Counted from the first letter of the stretch, positions 38,651 to 48,901 are shown. The stretch: 49,605 nt of DNA from Candidatus Lindowbacteria bacterium RIFCSPLOWO2_12_FULL_62_27 (GCA_001784175.1 MFPR01000023.1:1-49605), one strand, 5' to 3'. Notes: generated from the sequence alone by a model not told the origin. Numbers and translations are program-made.

Positions 38651-40006
38651 CTATTCCAGCAGCGTGTAGCCGGCCTCACGGTGTTGGGTGAGGTCGAGTC
38701 CGATGCGTTCATCCTGCTCGGCGGCCCGAAGGCCCACGAGGACGTCGACGAGTTTGAGGAGGATGTACGACACCACGAACGAGTAGACGGTCGTGACGAG
38801 AACGGCTTTGAGCTGAATCCATACCTGCGCGGCGTTTCCGTAGAAGAGCCCGTTGGCGCCGGCCGGATTGACGGCCTGGGTGGCGAAGAGACCGGTCGCG
38901 AGCGCGCCCCAGATTCCGCCGATCCCGTGGACCCCGAAGGCGTCCAGCGAGTCGTCATAGCCGAGCTTGACCTTCGCGAAGGCCACCATGAGATAGCAGA
39001 AGACGGCGGCGCCGATGCCGATCCAGATCGAGCCGATGGTGTTCACGAACCCGGCCGCGGGCGTGATGGCGACGAGTCCGGCCACCGCGCCGGTGATCAT
39101 GCCGAGCAGCGTCGGCCGCGCGTTGAACATCCAGTCGAGGAGCGCCCATGTGAATCCGGCCGCTGCCGCGGCCACGTGGGTCACGACGAAGGCGTTGGTG
39201 GCGAGTGCGCCGGCGCCGAGGGCCGAGCCGGCGTTGAATCCGAACCAGCCGAACCAGAGGAGGCCTGCGCCGAGGACGGCGAACGGCAGGCTGTGGGGCG
39301 GCGAGATCGCGTGCGGATATCCGATGCGCTTGCCCAGAACGAGGGCCGCCGCGAGCGCCGCGATTCCGGCGTTGATGTGCACCACCGTCCCGCCGGCGAA
39401 ATCAAGCGCCCCGGCCGTCCGCAAAAATCCCCCGACGCCCCACACCCAGTGGCAGACCGGATCGTAGACGAGGGTGGCCCATAAAAACGAAAACAGGCAG
39501 AATGCCGAGAATCTCATCCGCTCTGCAAACGCACCCAGAATCAGCGCGGGCGTGATGATGGCGAACATCGCCTGGAAAATCATGAACGCCTGGTGCGGGA
39601 TCGTGGCGGCATAGTCGGGATTGGGGCTGGCGCCGACCGACCGGAGCCCCACCCAGTCCAGGTTTCCGATGATCCCGTTCACGTCCGGCCCGAAGCAGAG
39701 ACTGTATCCGAACAGCACCCACTGGAGGCTGACCAGACAGATCATCATGAAGCACTGCATCAGGATCGACAGCACATTCTTGCGCCGGACCAGGCCGCCG
39801 TAGAAAAACGCCAACCCCGGCGTCATGAGCAGCACCATCGCCGAGCTGACCAGGACCCAAGCCGTGTCACCGGTGTCCACCGCGGGCGCCGCGGGGGCGG
39901 CCGCGGGCGCGGCAAGCTCATCCGCGGAAACATGCGTCGCGTAGACCACCATGGCCAGGAACACGACGAAGAACCAGAAGGGAAACCCAGTGACCAGCTT
40001 TTTCAT
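38651..40006 (-). CDS. amtB: Ammonium transporter
   Basis: MTPGLAFFYGG, FQAMFAIIT, DFAGG.VVH, WFGWFGFN, DDSLDAFGVHG.GG. Confidence 0.97.
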   Translation of the reverse strand: MKKLVTGFPFWFFVVFLAMVVYATHVSADELAAPAAAPAAPAVDTGDTAWVLVSSAMVLLMTPGLAFFYGGLVRRKNVLSILMQCFMMICLVSLQWVLFGYSLCFGPDVNGIIGNLDWVGLRSVGASPNPDYAATIPHQAFMIFQAMFAIITPALILGAFAERMRFSAFCLFSFLWATLVYDPVCHWVWGVGGFLRTAGALDFAGGTVVHINAGIAALAAALVLGKRIGYPHAISPPHSLPFAVLGAGLLWFGWFGFNAGSALGAGALATNAFVVTHVAAAAAGFTWALLDWMFNARPTLLGMITGAVAGLVAITPAAGFVNTIGSIWIGIGAAVFCYLMVAFAKVKLGYDDSLDAFGVHGIGGIWGALATGLFATQAVNPAGANGLFYGNAAQVWIQLKAVLVTTVYSFVVSYILLKLVDVLVGLRAAEQDERIGLDLTQHREAGYTLLE

Positions 40007-40019
40007 GCGCGCATCTCCT

Positions 40020-41471
40020 TCAGCAGTCGTAATAGAGGTGGAACTCGGCCGGGTGCGGCCGCAGTTTCACAAAATCCGCCTCCTTCTTTCGCTTGTAGGA
40101 AATCCACGTCTCCAGAAGGTCCTCCGTGAACACGTCGCCCTTCAGCAGGAATTTGTGGTCTTTCTCCAGGTTCGACAGCGCCTCGTCGAGCGACCCCGGT
40201 ACCTGCGGGACTTTCGCCGCCTCCCCGGGCGACAGCTCGTAGATGTCCTTCTCCAGCGGCTTGCCCGGATCGATCTTGTTCTGAATCCCGTCGATCCCCG
40301 CCATGAGCAGCGCCGCAAACGCGAGGTAGCCGTTGCAGGACGGGTCGGGCGGCCGGTATTCGATTCGCTTCGACTTGGCCTCCGCCACCGGATCCATCGC
40401 CGTGTAGGTCGGAATCCGGACGGACGCGCTGCGGTTCCGTTTCGAGTACGCCAGATTCACGGGCGCCTCGTAGCCGGGCACCAGCCGCTTGTAGGAGTTG
40501 GTGGTGGGGCTGCAGAATCCGCAGAGGGCCGGCGCGTGTTTGAGGAGCCCGCCGACGTACCAGAGCGCGAGTTTCGACAGGCCGGCGTATCCCTTGGCGT
40601 CGTAGAAAAGGTTCGTGGCGCCCTTCCAGAGACTCTGGTGGGTGTGCATCCCGTTTCCGTTGTCGCCGAAAATGGGTTTCGGCATGAACGTGACGGTCTT
40701 CCCTCGCTCCCGCGCGATGTTCTTGACCATGTACTTGTACGCGATCAACTGATCCCCCGCCGCCGTCAGAGGCTTGGCGCCGAGACCCAGCTCGCACTGT
40801 CCCGCCGTCGCGACCTCGTGATGGTGCAGGTAACACGACACGATCCCGATCGCGCGGCATCGCAGCATCAAATCCGAGCGGAAGTCCTGCAGGGTGTCGA
40901 CCGGCGGGCACGGAAAGTATCCCTCCTTGTAGCGTACTTTGCTGCCGAGGTTGGGCTGTTCGTCCCGGCCGGTGTTCCAGACGCCCTCGCCGGAATCGAT
41001 CCGGTAGAAGGTGCCGTTGGTTCCAAGATCGTATTGAACATTATCGAATACGAAAAATTCCGCCTCCGGACCCCACAGGGTGCCGGTCGCGATGCCGGTC
41101 TTGGCCAGATACGCCTCGGCCTTCATCCCGACGTGCCGCGGATCCCGCGTGTAGAACCTCTCGCTGATCGGGTCCTTGATGTTGCAGATCAACACCAGGG
41201 TCGGATGTTTGAGCATGGGATCGATGAACGCCGAGTTCGGATCGGGCATGAGCAGCATGTCGGACTCGTGGATCGCCTGAAAGCCGCGAATGGACGATCC
41301 GTCAAACCCGACGCCGGCGGTGAACGTCTTTTCCGACAGCTCGCTGATGTGGTTCGACACGTGCTGCCAGGTGCCCAGAAGGTCGGTAAAGCGGTAGTCG
41401 ACGACCTCGGCCTTGGCCTTTCTCGCCATGGCAAGCGCGTCTTTCGGTGTTTTTTTGGTTGTCTTCTCCAT
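40020..41471 (-). CDS. glnA: Glutamine synthetase type I (GSI-beta-like)
   Basis: FDGSSI.GF, GPEAEFF, HHEVATAGQ.E, FMPKP..GDNG.GMH.H, NSYKRLVPGYEAP, NRSA..RIP, KDIYEL (adenylylation Tyr position). SD AGGAGG before ATG 41471. Confidence 0.97.
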   Translation of the reverse strand: MEKTTKKTPKDALAMARKAKAEVVDYRFTDLLGTWQHVSNHISELSEKTFTAGVGFDGSSIRGFQAIHESDMLLMPDPNSAFIDPMLKHPTLVLICNIKDPISERFYTRDPRHVGMKAEAYLAKTGIATGTLWGPEAEFFVFDNVQYDLGTNGTFYRIDSGEGVWNTGRDEQPNLGSKVRYKEGYFPCPPVDTLQDFRSDLMLRCRAIGIVSCYLHHHEVATAGQCELGLGAKPLTAAGDQLIAYKYMVKNIARERGKTVTFMPKPIFGDNGNGMHTHQSLWKGATNLFYDAKGYAGLSKLALWYVGGLLKHAPALCGFCSPTTNSYKRLVPGYEAPVNLAYSKRNRSASVRIPTYTAMDPVAEAKSKRIEYRPPDPSCNGYLAFAALLMAGIDGIQNKIDPGKPLEKDIYELSPGEAAKVPQVPGSLDEALSNLEKDHKFLLKGDVFTEDLLETWISYKRKKEADFVKLRPHPAEFHLYYDC

Positions 41472-41546
41472 TGAATCTGAACCCTCCTGTTGAGTTTTTG
41501 GTTGTGCCTTCACTGCCTGTATATGCGAATCGACGCCCGCCGGACC

Positions 41547-42053
41547 CTACGGCGGATCCGGCAGGCGCCGAATATTCTCTTTGATGACGTTCAAAATAAG
41601 CTGCGTTTCCGTCCGCTCCACGTGCGGCAGGGCCTGCAGGTATTTCAGAAACCGGTCGAGAATGCTGCGGTCCCGGAACCGCGCGATCACGGTGGCGTCG
41701 GTGCCGCCGGTGTGGTCGTAGACGGCGAACACGTGCGGATTTTCGGATACCCGCCGCTCGACCTCGAAGAGCTTGCCCTGCGTGACCTTGATCTGGATCA
41801 GGACGGAAAAGACGTAACCGAGTTTTTCGAAGTCGATCTGCGCGCGGGCGCCGTGGAAGACGCCCTCGCGTTCCAGGGTCCGCAGCCGGTGGGCCACGGT
41901 CGCCGTCGAGAGGCCCAGCCGCGCGGCGATCTGGCGGAAGGACATCCGCGCGTCCGCCAGGAGCACATCGACGATCCGGAGATCCTCCGGATCGACCGAT
42001 GCCGCCTCTTTCCCGTTTCGACCTGCCCGGTCCTTCCGTTTCCGACCCCTCAT
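41547..42053 (-). CDS. Lrp/AsnC family transcriptional regulator
   Basis: D..D.RI...L..DAR.S...IA..LG.S..TV..R...LE..G HTH and RAM domain (VYD.TG..D). Confidence 0.92.
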   Translation of the reverse strand: MRGRKRKDRAGRNGKEAASVDPEDLRIVDVLLADARMSFRQIAARLGLSTATVAHRLRTLEREGVFHGARAQIDFEKLGYVFSVLIQIKVTQGKLFEVERRVSENPHVFAVYDHTGGTDATVIARFRDRSILDRFLKYLQALPHVERTETQLILNVIKENIRRLPDPP

Positions 42054-42062
42054 GGTCGCGGG

Positions 42063-42091
42063 AGAATACGTGCGTTTAGATCATTTGTCAA
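42063..42091 (-). promoter_or_regulatory. sigma70 promoter of lrp(-glnA-amtB-glnK)
   Basis: Minus strand TTGACA-17 nt-TATTCT, only 9 nt before the lrp ATG. Confidence 0.75.
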
Positions 42092-42203
42092 GAAAAAAGT
42101 TAAATTTTTTGTCATTCGTTTCAAAATTCATGAAAACGGTGTCTAAATGTATGCGCGGGACGCCGGTTGACTTCGCCCTGCCCCAATGCTAGACCTCGCC
42201 GTC

Positions 42204-43559
42204 ATGATGGCAACGACAGAGCCGAAGGACGGCGAACTCAGGGAGAGGAGCCTCTTTTACTCGCTCCGCGACGGCATGGCATGGTCCGTCATGGTGGGAT
42301 TCGGCGACCACTATCTCGGCGCCTTTGCCCTGCTGCTTTTGGCGACCCCCTTTCAGATGGGCCTTTTGGTGGCGCTGCCGCCGATCACGGGCGCTCTGTT
42401 TCAGCTCTGGTCGGCCCGCCTGACGGACCGGAGCGGGCGGCGGCGGAACATCATCGTGACGTCGGCGGGACTGCAGAGCCTGGTGTGGATCCTGATCTTT
42501 CTTGTGCCGATGTCCGTCCCGCGCGAGTGGGCGGTGCCGTTCATGATTTTTTTCGTCGTCTGTTTCGTGGTCGGCGGCCATTTCACCGTGCCGCCCTGGT
42601 ACAGCTTGATGGGGGACCTGGTGGACCCGTCCCATCGGGGCGACTATTTCGGCCGGCGCAACCGGATCTGCCAGTTTTTCACGTTCGTTTCCGTCGGGCT
42701 GGCCGGGCTGGTCCTTCATTATTTTGAGAAACTCGGTCCCGGCGCCCGGCCGTACGGATTCATGGTCATTTTCGGCGTCGCCTGCGCGGCGCGGCTGATT
42801 TCGACGGTCTATCTGTCCCTTCAATACGAGCCGCCCTACGCGCCGCCGCCGAGGGAGAAACAGATCGGGTTTCCGGAATTTCTCCGGAGCCTGGGCAGCT
42901 CCAATTTCGGCCGGTTCGGCGTCTTCTCGGCCGCCATGAGTTTTGCCGTCCATCTTTCGGCGCCGTTTTTCGTGGTGTATCTGCTTCGCGATCTCGGATT
43001 GAATTACATCCGGTTCACGATCGTCACATCGATGGTGGTTCTGGCGCACATTCTGACCCTGGTCTTCTGGGGCCGGGCCGCGGACCGGTTCGGGAACAAG
43101 TGGGTCCTGACGACCTGCGGCCTGATCTTCAGCGTCGGTCCCCTGTGCCTGCCCCTCTCCACTGAATTCTGGTTCATAGTGGCGTTTCAGTTTGTCATGG
43201 CGGTGGCCGGCGCCGGCTTCAACCTCGCGAGCGCGAACTACCTGTTTGACGCCGCGCCGCCGCCCCAGCGCGCGCGATACGTCGCCTTCATTCACGTCTT
43301 GAACGCCTCCGGCGTTTTTCTGGGAGGCCTTGCGGGCGGATGGCTTGCCGGGCGGATGCCGCCGGCAATTGCGTGGGGCCCGGTCCATTTTAATCTTGCG
43401 TCGGGACTGCTCATGCTCTTTCTGATCTCCGGCCTCCTGCGTCTGGTCATCCTGGCGGCGTTCCGGTCCAGGTTTCAGGAGCTGCGGTCCGTCGATCCGG
43501 CGCCCCGGCCGGTTCATCTGTTCCGCCTGGCCGTCGTGGAGATGTTTTCGTTCAAATGA
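42204..43559 (+). CDS. MFS transporter
   Basis: About 12 hydrophobic segments, L.DR.GRRR and WG..ADRFGNK motif-A loops; start 42204/42207 preferred, 42186 possible. Confidence 0.9.
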   Translation: MMATTEPKDGELRERSLFYSLRDGMAWSVMVGFGDHYLGAFALLLLATPFQMGLLVALPPITGALFQLWSARLTDRSGRRRNIIVTSAGLQSLVWILIFLVPMSVPREWAVPFMIFFVVCFVVGGHFTVPPWYSLMGDLVDPSHRGDYFGRRNRICQFFTFVSVGLAGLVLHYFEKLGPGARPYGFMVIFGVACAARLISTVYLSLQYEPPYAPPPREKQIGFPEFLRSLGSSNFGRFGVFSAAMSFAVHLSAPFFVVYLLRDLGLNYIRFTIVTSMVVLAHILTLVFWGRAADRFGNKWVLTTCGLIFSVGPLCLPLSTEFWFIVAFQFVMAVAGAGFNLASANYLFDAAPPPQRARYVAFIHVLNASGVFLGGLAGGWLAGRMPPAIAWGPVHFNLASGLLMLFLISGLLRLVILAAFRSRFQELRSVDPAPRPVHLFRLAVVEMFSFK

Positions 43560-44914
43560 ACGCGATCAAGTGGCCGAACGAGGTCGTCTACCAGATTTTT
43601 CCGGACCGGTGGTGCAACGGCGATCCTTCGAACGATGTGCGAACCGGCGAATACGTCCGGCATGGCGAGCCGGTGCGGAAAAGCACGAGCGTCGCCCATC
43701 TCACGTCGCCGCGCCTGCACCAGCGGTGTTTTTATGGAGGAGACCTGGCGGGGATCATCCGGACCATTCCCTATCTGGTCGACCTCGGGGTCACTGTTGT
43801 GTATCTCACGCCGATTTTCTCTGCGGGAAGCACGCACAAATACGATGCCGACGACTATTTCACGATCGACCGGCACTTTGGCAGCCGGCAAGTGTATGAA
43901 GAGCTGGTTCGAGCCCTTCATGCGGCCGGAATCAAACTCGTGCTGGACGGCGTGTTCAACCACACATCGTTCGACCATCCGTGGTATCGGGACCCGGCGC
44001 GGCGCCGGCGGTTTTACTGCATGAAAACCCGCGAGGAGCCGATGACCTGGATGAACGGCCGGTCTCTTCCCAAACTGAATCCGGAGCGGCCCGAGGTTCA
44101 GCGTGAGCTTCTGCGGGTCATCGAGGCCTGGCCGGAGATTGACGGGTGGCGTCTGGACGCGGCGCATCTTTTGCCGGTGACGTTTCTCATAAAGCTGAAA
44201 CGGAAAGTGGAGTCCCTGGGCCGGACCCGCATCGTGATCATGGAGGACTGGACCGATTCGTCGGGGCATTTTCAGGACCGCATCTGCGACGGCGTGACGA
44301 ATTTCCTGTTTCGCGACGCCGTCGAGCGGTTCCTTGTGGAGGATTGTTCGCCGGAAACGCTGCTCAAACGGCTGTCGGCTTGGATTCACCGCTATCCATG
44401 GCCGAACGTCGTCCAGTCCTGGAACCTTCTCGACAATCACGACACCTTCCGGCTCTACAGCCGGGTCGGCCGGCAGACGGACCGGTTCAAAATCGCGCAG
44501 GTCCTGCAGTTCACGCTGCCGGGGACGCCCATGATCTATCAGGGCGACGAAATCGGAATGACGGGGAAAACCGATGCGGAGTCGCGTGCGCCGATGATCT
44601 GGGATCAGAGCCGCTGGAATGCGGAGATTCTGGCGCACACGCGGTTTCTGACCGGCCTTCGCCGCCGCCATCCGGTCCTGTCGCGCGGGCGGTGGCGGCC
44701 GCTGCTCGCCGTGAACGCGAATCGCGTTCTGGCCTATGAACGCCGCGCGCCCTCGGGGGCACGCGCGGTCGTCGCGATCAACGACGGCTACGCGCCGTTC
44801 GATCTGCGCCTTCCGCCGGTCCGGACGCGCATCCCGCCACATGCGTATGGTCTGTGGATTTCGGACGCCGGCGCCCGCGGGCGGCTGATCTGTTCGTGGC
44901 GAAAGGAGGGATGA
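43556..44914 (+). CDS. GH13 alpha-glycosidase (neopullulanase / maltodextrin glucosidase-like)
   Basis: YQIFPDR, GGDL.GI, HKYD..DY, LDGVFNH, DGWRLDAA, MEDW, LDNHD, PG.P.IY.GDE.G; ATGA overlap with the MFS gene. Confidence 0.92.
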   Translation: MNAIKWPNEVVYQIFPDRWCNGDPSNDVRTGEYVRHGEPVRKSTSVAHLTSPRLHQRCFYGGDLAGIIRTIPYLVDLGVTVVYLTPIFSAGSTHKYDADDYFTIDRHFGSRQVYEELVRALHAAGIKLVLDGVFNHTSFDHPWYRDPARRRRFYCMKTREEPMTWMNGRSLPKLNPERPEVQRELLRVIEAWPEIDGWRLDAAHLLPVTFLIKLKRKVESLGRTRIVIMEDWTDSSGHFQDRICDGVTNFLFRDAVERFLVEDCSPETLLKRLSAWIHRYPWPNVVQSWNLLDNHDTFRLYSRVGRQTDRFKIAQVLQFTLPGTPMIYQGDEIGMTGKTDAESRAPMIWDQSRWNAEILAHTRFLTGLRRRHPVLSRGRWRPLLAVNANRVLAYERRAPSGARAVVAINDGYAPFDLRLPPVRTRIPPHAYGLWISDAGARGRLICSWRKEG

Positions 44915-45795
44915 CGTTGGCGGAGGAGGGAAAGGAGAAGGCTGCAGGCGAGGAGCTGGAGATCGTCGAGGACCTCGGCAAGGACGTCGTCGAGGTGCTG
45001 GCGATGGACAAGGTCGCGGACACGCCGGCGATTTCGGAGACGATCCGCCAGGCGGTCGAAAAGCGCGAGACCCGGCTTTTCCACGATCTTGTCTACGCCC
45101 TCTGCCAACTCGACCTGCCCGAAAAGCTCGCGCAGCAGCGGTGGGAGGAGATTCTGAAGCACAAGTACCTTATGAGCGAAAAGATGGGCCGGAACGTCGG
45201 CATTCACGTCGCGGCCCTCGACTATTTCCAGAACATCACCAAGGAACTCAAATACGTCACCATGATGGACGTCTACCGCTATCACCAGACGCAGCAGGAC
45301 GCGGTGACCGACTGGCTGACCGGGATATACTTGAAGAATCACTTCTACAATATATTGGAAAAGGAGATCACGAGAGCGCAGCGCCTCGATGACCGGCTGT
45401 CCGTCTTTTTCTTCGACATCGACCATTTCAAAATCTACAACGATACGCACGGCCATCTCGCCGGGGACGCGCTCCTCAAGGAATTTGTCGAAGTCGTGTC
45501 CGCGTCCATTCGGCACTACGACATCATCGCGCGGTACGGCGGAGAAGAGTTTGTGATCCTGTTTCCGTCGACGAACAAACCGACCGCGGCGAAGATCTCC
45601 AACCAGATCCGGCAACTGGTCGAAGATTACCCTTTCCCGGGCGAGATGGTGCTCCCGGCCCACGTCCTGACGATCTCGGGCGGCCTCGCGGAATTTCCGG
45701 TCGACGGCGCCGACGTCCAGACGCTGCTCGCCGCCGCCGACAAGGCGCTCTACCGGTCCAAACAGGAGGGCCGCAACCGGGTGACGGTGTGCTAG
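44911..45795 (+). CDS. Cytoplasmic diguanylate cyclase
   Basis: SD AAAGGAGG and ATGA overlap; D.LTG, DIDHFK.YND.HGH..GD, RHYD I-site, RYGGEEF, ADKALY.SK..GRN. Confidence 0.93.
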   Translation: MTLAEEGKEKAAGEELEIVEDLGKDVVEVLAMDKVADTPAISETIRQAVEKRETRLFHDLVYALCQLDLPEKLAQQRWEEILKHKYLMSEKMGRNVGIHVAALDYFQNITKELKYVTMMDVYRYHQTQQDAVTDWLTGIYLKNHFYNILEKEITRAQRLDDRLSVFFFDIDHFKIYNDTHGHLAGDALLKEFVEVVSASIRHYDIIARYGGEEFVILFPSTNKPTAAKISNQIRQLVEDYPFPGEMVLPAHVLTISGGLAEFPVDGADVQTLLAAADKALYRSKQEGRNRVTVC

Positions 45796-47075
45796 ATTTT
45801 CCCCATCTTTCTGACTGCGTTTATCCAGAAAACCGATTCCGAAAAATCACGGAGTTCCACCGGAGGAAAAATTCTGCGCATGGTGGGATCGGCGCGGATG
45901 GCAGAGAGAAAATCCCGGCGAGTTTCGGCGGCCGTCAGGGCCAGCCGCTGGACGAGGTCGTAGGCGGCGTTGCGGGACCAGCCTTTGAGGACGAGTCGGT
46001 TCAGGATGTAGCCGCTCCAGTAGACGCCGCCCGCGCGGTTCAGATTCTCGCGGATCCGGGTTCCGTCGATCCGAAGGCCCTTCACGACCTTTTTCATGAG
46101 ATGCATCATGTAGTGGACGAGCGAGGTCTGGTCCGGCAGCGTGATACGTTCCGTGCTGCTGTTGGTGAGGTCCCGTTCGTGCCAGAGGGCGACCGTTTCC
46201 ATCTGCGCGATCGAGAGGCTGCGGACGATGCGGGCCAGGCCGCAGATGCGTTCGGACAGCATCGGGTTTTTCTTGTGCGGCATCGCCGACGATCCGCGCT
46301 GGCCTTTCCCGAAGCCTTCCTGAATTTCGCCGATTTCGGTTTGGTGGAGCATGCGGATTTCGAGCGCGAAGTGTTCGAGACTCGATGCGAGAAGCGCGAG
46401 GGCGGAGCTGACCTGCGCGAAGAGATCGCGGGGCAGGATCTGGGTGGCGTCGCGCGCGGGCTCCAACCCCAGCCGCCGGAGGACCCATGATTCGTCCTCC
46501 GGGCTGACAAAGACATTCATTCCGACCGCGCCCGAGAGTTTCCCCACGCGCGCCAATTCCCGGGTTTCGTCCAGATGGTTGAGCCGCCGGGCAAGTTCGG
46601 AATAATAGACATGGAATTTGTATCCAAGCGACATCGGCTCCGCGAAAACGCCGTGCGTGCGGCCCATGATGAGGACTTTGGCGTTGGCGCGGATCAGCGG
46701 CCGAATGTCCGCCAGAAGTTCCCGTCCCGACCGCACAATCTCGCGGAGGGCATCCTGGACGGTGAGGCTGAGCGCCGTATCGACCACATCCGAGGATGTG
46801 AGTCCGAAATGAATCCACCGTCCCGCCGGCCCAATCGATTCTTCGACGTTGGTGACGAAGGCGATCACGTCATGCTGAAGTTGTTCCTCCAGCCGCGCGA
46901 TCTTGCTTGGAGAAAAGCGGGCCTTTCGGACGATCCGGCGTCGCTCGGCGGCCGAAACGATTTTTTTCCGGTGCAATAAATCAATGACGGCGAGTTCCAC
47001 CCGCAGCCAAGTCCGGAATTTATGCCCGTCGCTCCACAGCGTTTTCAGCGGCTCCAGCCAATAGCGTTCGATCAT
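45792..47075 (-). CDS. purB: Adenylosuccinate lyase
   Basis: MIERY, HDVIAF, HFGLTSSD, GRTHG, SSAMPHKKNP..SE, LWHERD. Confidence 0.97.
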   Translation of the reverse strand: MIERYWLEPLKTLWSDGHKFRTWLRVELAVIDLLHRKKIVSAAERRRIVRKARFSPSKIARLEEQLQHDVIAFVTNVEESIGPAGRWIHFGLTSSDVVDTALSLTVQDALREIVRSGRELLADIRPLIRANAKVLIMGRTHGVFAEPMSLGYKFHVYYSELARRLNHLDETRELARVGKLSGAVGMNVFVSPEDESWVLRRLGLEPARDATQILPRDLFAQVSSALALLASSLEHFALEIRMLHQTEIGEIQEGFGKGQRGSSAMPHKKNPMLSERICGLARIVRSLSIAQMETVALWHERDLTNSSTERITLPDQTSLVHYMMHLMKKVVKGLRIDGTRIRENLNRAGGVYWSGYILNRLVLKGWSRNAAYDLVQRLALTAAETRRDFLSAIRADPTMRRIFPPVELRDFSESVFWINAVRKMGKI

Positions 47076-47683
47076 GCGCGAACCTCATGATGGATCCGGA
47101 CGTTCCGCCCGTCAAGGACCTCCAGGCAATCCGCCGCCATCAGATTCACCGACTCGATCAGAATCTCATGCTCGAACCGGAGAATGCGCGCTGATAACAG
47201 CTCCTCGGTGTCACCGTCGTACACCGGCACGACGCGCTGCAGAATGACGGGCCCGGCGTCGACGCCCTCGGTGACGAAATGCGTCGTGCAGCCCGTGTAC
47301 CGCACGCCATAGTCCAGCGCCTGTTTCTGCGCGTGAGTCCCCGGAAAGGCCGGCAAGAGCGCCGGGTGGATGTTGAGGATTCGGTGGCGGAAGGCGCCGA
47401 TGAGCCGGGGGGTCAGGATTTTCATGAACCCGGCCAGAACGATAAAATCGACGCCCCGGTCTTTGAGGATTTCGATACAGCGTCCTTCGGCCGCGTCCGC
47501 ATTTTTCCATGGCACGGTCTCGACGGGCGCGCCGTAGCTTCCGGCGACTGCGACGCCCCGCGCGTCTGATTTGTTGCTGATCACGACCGCCGGCCGCGCA
47601 TGGAGCGCGCCGTCGCGGTGGGCCTTGAGGAGCGCCTCCATGTTCGTGCCGCGGCCGGAAATGAAAATGGCGAAGGATTTCAT
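47072..47683 (-). CDS. purN: Phosphoribosylglycinamide formyltransferase
   Basis: ISGRGTNM, LAGFM.IL, NIHP.LLP.FPG, G.T.HFV..GVD.GP; ATGA overlaps with purM and purB. Confidence 0.96.
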   Translation of the reverse strand: MKSFAIFISGRGTNMEALLKAHRDGALHARPAVVISNKSDARGVAVAGSYGAPVETVPWKNADAAEGRCIEILKDRGVDFIVLAGFMKILTPRLIGAFRHRILNIHPALLPAFPGTHAQKQALDYGVRYTGCTTHFVTEGVDAGPVILQRVVPVYDGDTEELLSARILRFEHEILIESVNLMAADCLEVLDGRNVRIHHEVRA

Positions 47684-48726
47684 GCCGCAAGCCGCACGCG
47701 CGCCGCGCCGGTTTTTCTCTCGATCCCACCGAGCCGGACCGCGCCCGGAAAATGGGCGCTGATCGCCGAAAGCGCCGATTCCTCGCAGATGGCGACGAGC
47801 CCGAATCCGCAATTGAAAATGTGGAGCATGTCCTCCCACGAAAGGTTCGCGCGCCGGCTGAACCACCGGAAGAGTTCCGCGGATTCGACATCAAACGCTG
47901 ACCGGCTCAGCACGATCCCACAGTCGGCCGGTACGGCCCTCGGGACATTTTCGTAATATCCGCCCCCGGTGATGTGCGCGAGGCTGGAGACAGTGATCTG
48001 TTTTATCCGTATTTTTTCGATGACGCCCGTATAGAGGCGTGTCGGCTCCATGAGAAACTCCTTCAGAGACCGCCGCCGCCCCGACAAGGACAGCCTTTCG
48101 CTCAGCCGGGCGGACGTTCGAGACAGAACCTTTCGGATCAGCGAGTATCCGTTGCTGTGAAATCCGCTCGACGGAAATCCGACCAGAATCTGTCCGGGCC
48201 GCACACGCTCCGGCGACAGAATATCGGCCGGCTTGACCCACCCGATGCCGAAGCCCGCAAGATCAAAGTGGCCGCGGGCGTACAGGCCGGGGAGTTCCGC
48301 CGTTTCGCCGCCCAGAAGCGGCATGGCGCAGGCGTTGCATGCGTCGACGATCGACGCGAGGATGGTGCGATAGACCGCCGGCGCCAGTTTTCCGGTCGCG
48401 TAATAATCGAGAAACGCGGACGGCTGCGCGCCGGACGTGATGAGATCGTTGTAGATCATTCCGACGAGGTCCTGCCCAAGGCCCCCGCACATCCCCGTTT
48501 CGATCCCTAGAAGGATCTTGGTCCCCACGCCGTCGGTGCTCAGCGCGACGTAAAGGTCTTCCGAAGAAATCGCCGCGGGAATCCGAACGAGCTGACAGAA
48601 ATAATTTTTTGGAAGAAGAGGGCTGGCTGGAAATTTCTGGATAAAGCGCCCGATGAGCCGGCCGGCGAGTTCTGCATCGACGCCGGCATCCGCGTAGGCG
48701 GCCATCCGAGTTCGCCGCTTTAACAT
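47680..48726 (-). CDS. purM: AIR synthetase
   Basis: Y..AGVD, TDGVGTK, FLDY.A, GGETAELP, SSG.HSNGYSL, HITGGG..EN..R, FN.G.G; start 48726 or 48705. Confidence 0.95.
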   Translation of the reverse strand: MLKRRTRMAAYADAGVDAELAGRLIGRFIQKFPASPLLPKNYFCQLVRIPAAISSEDLYVALSTDGVGTKILLGIETGMCGGLGQDLVGMIYNDLITSGAQPSAFLDYYATGKLAPAVYRTILASIVDACNACAMPLLGGETAELPGLYARGHFDLAGFGIGWVKPADILSPERVRPGQILVGFPSSGFHSNGYSLIRKVLSRTSARLSERLSLSGRRRSLKEFLMEPTRLYTGVIEKIRIKQITVSSLAHITGGGYYENVPRAVPADCGIVLSRSAFDVESAELFRWFSRRANLSWEDMLHIFNCGFGLVAICEESALSAISAHFPGAVRLGGIERKTGAARVRLAA

Positions 48727-48901
48727 GGGTTCGCCCGCCTTTCCCCAAACGTTGCCATTGCCGGCGCGGGATAGTGCCTTGAAACTGAAGTCTAAGCAAC
48801 GATTCCGCCGGCGAAAGATCATTTGTGCTTGACGTTCAAGCCCGATGCTGTTTCTATACGCGCAGTTTGGTTGGAGTGTGTCCAGTTCGGGGGAGGGGGA
48901 A

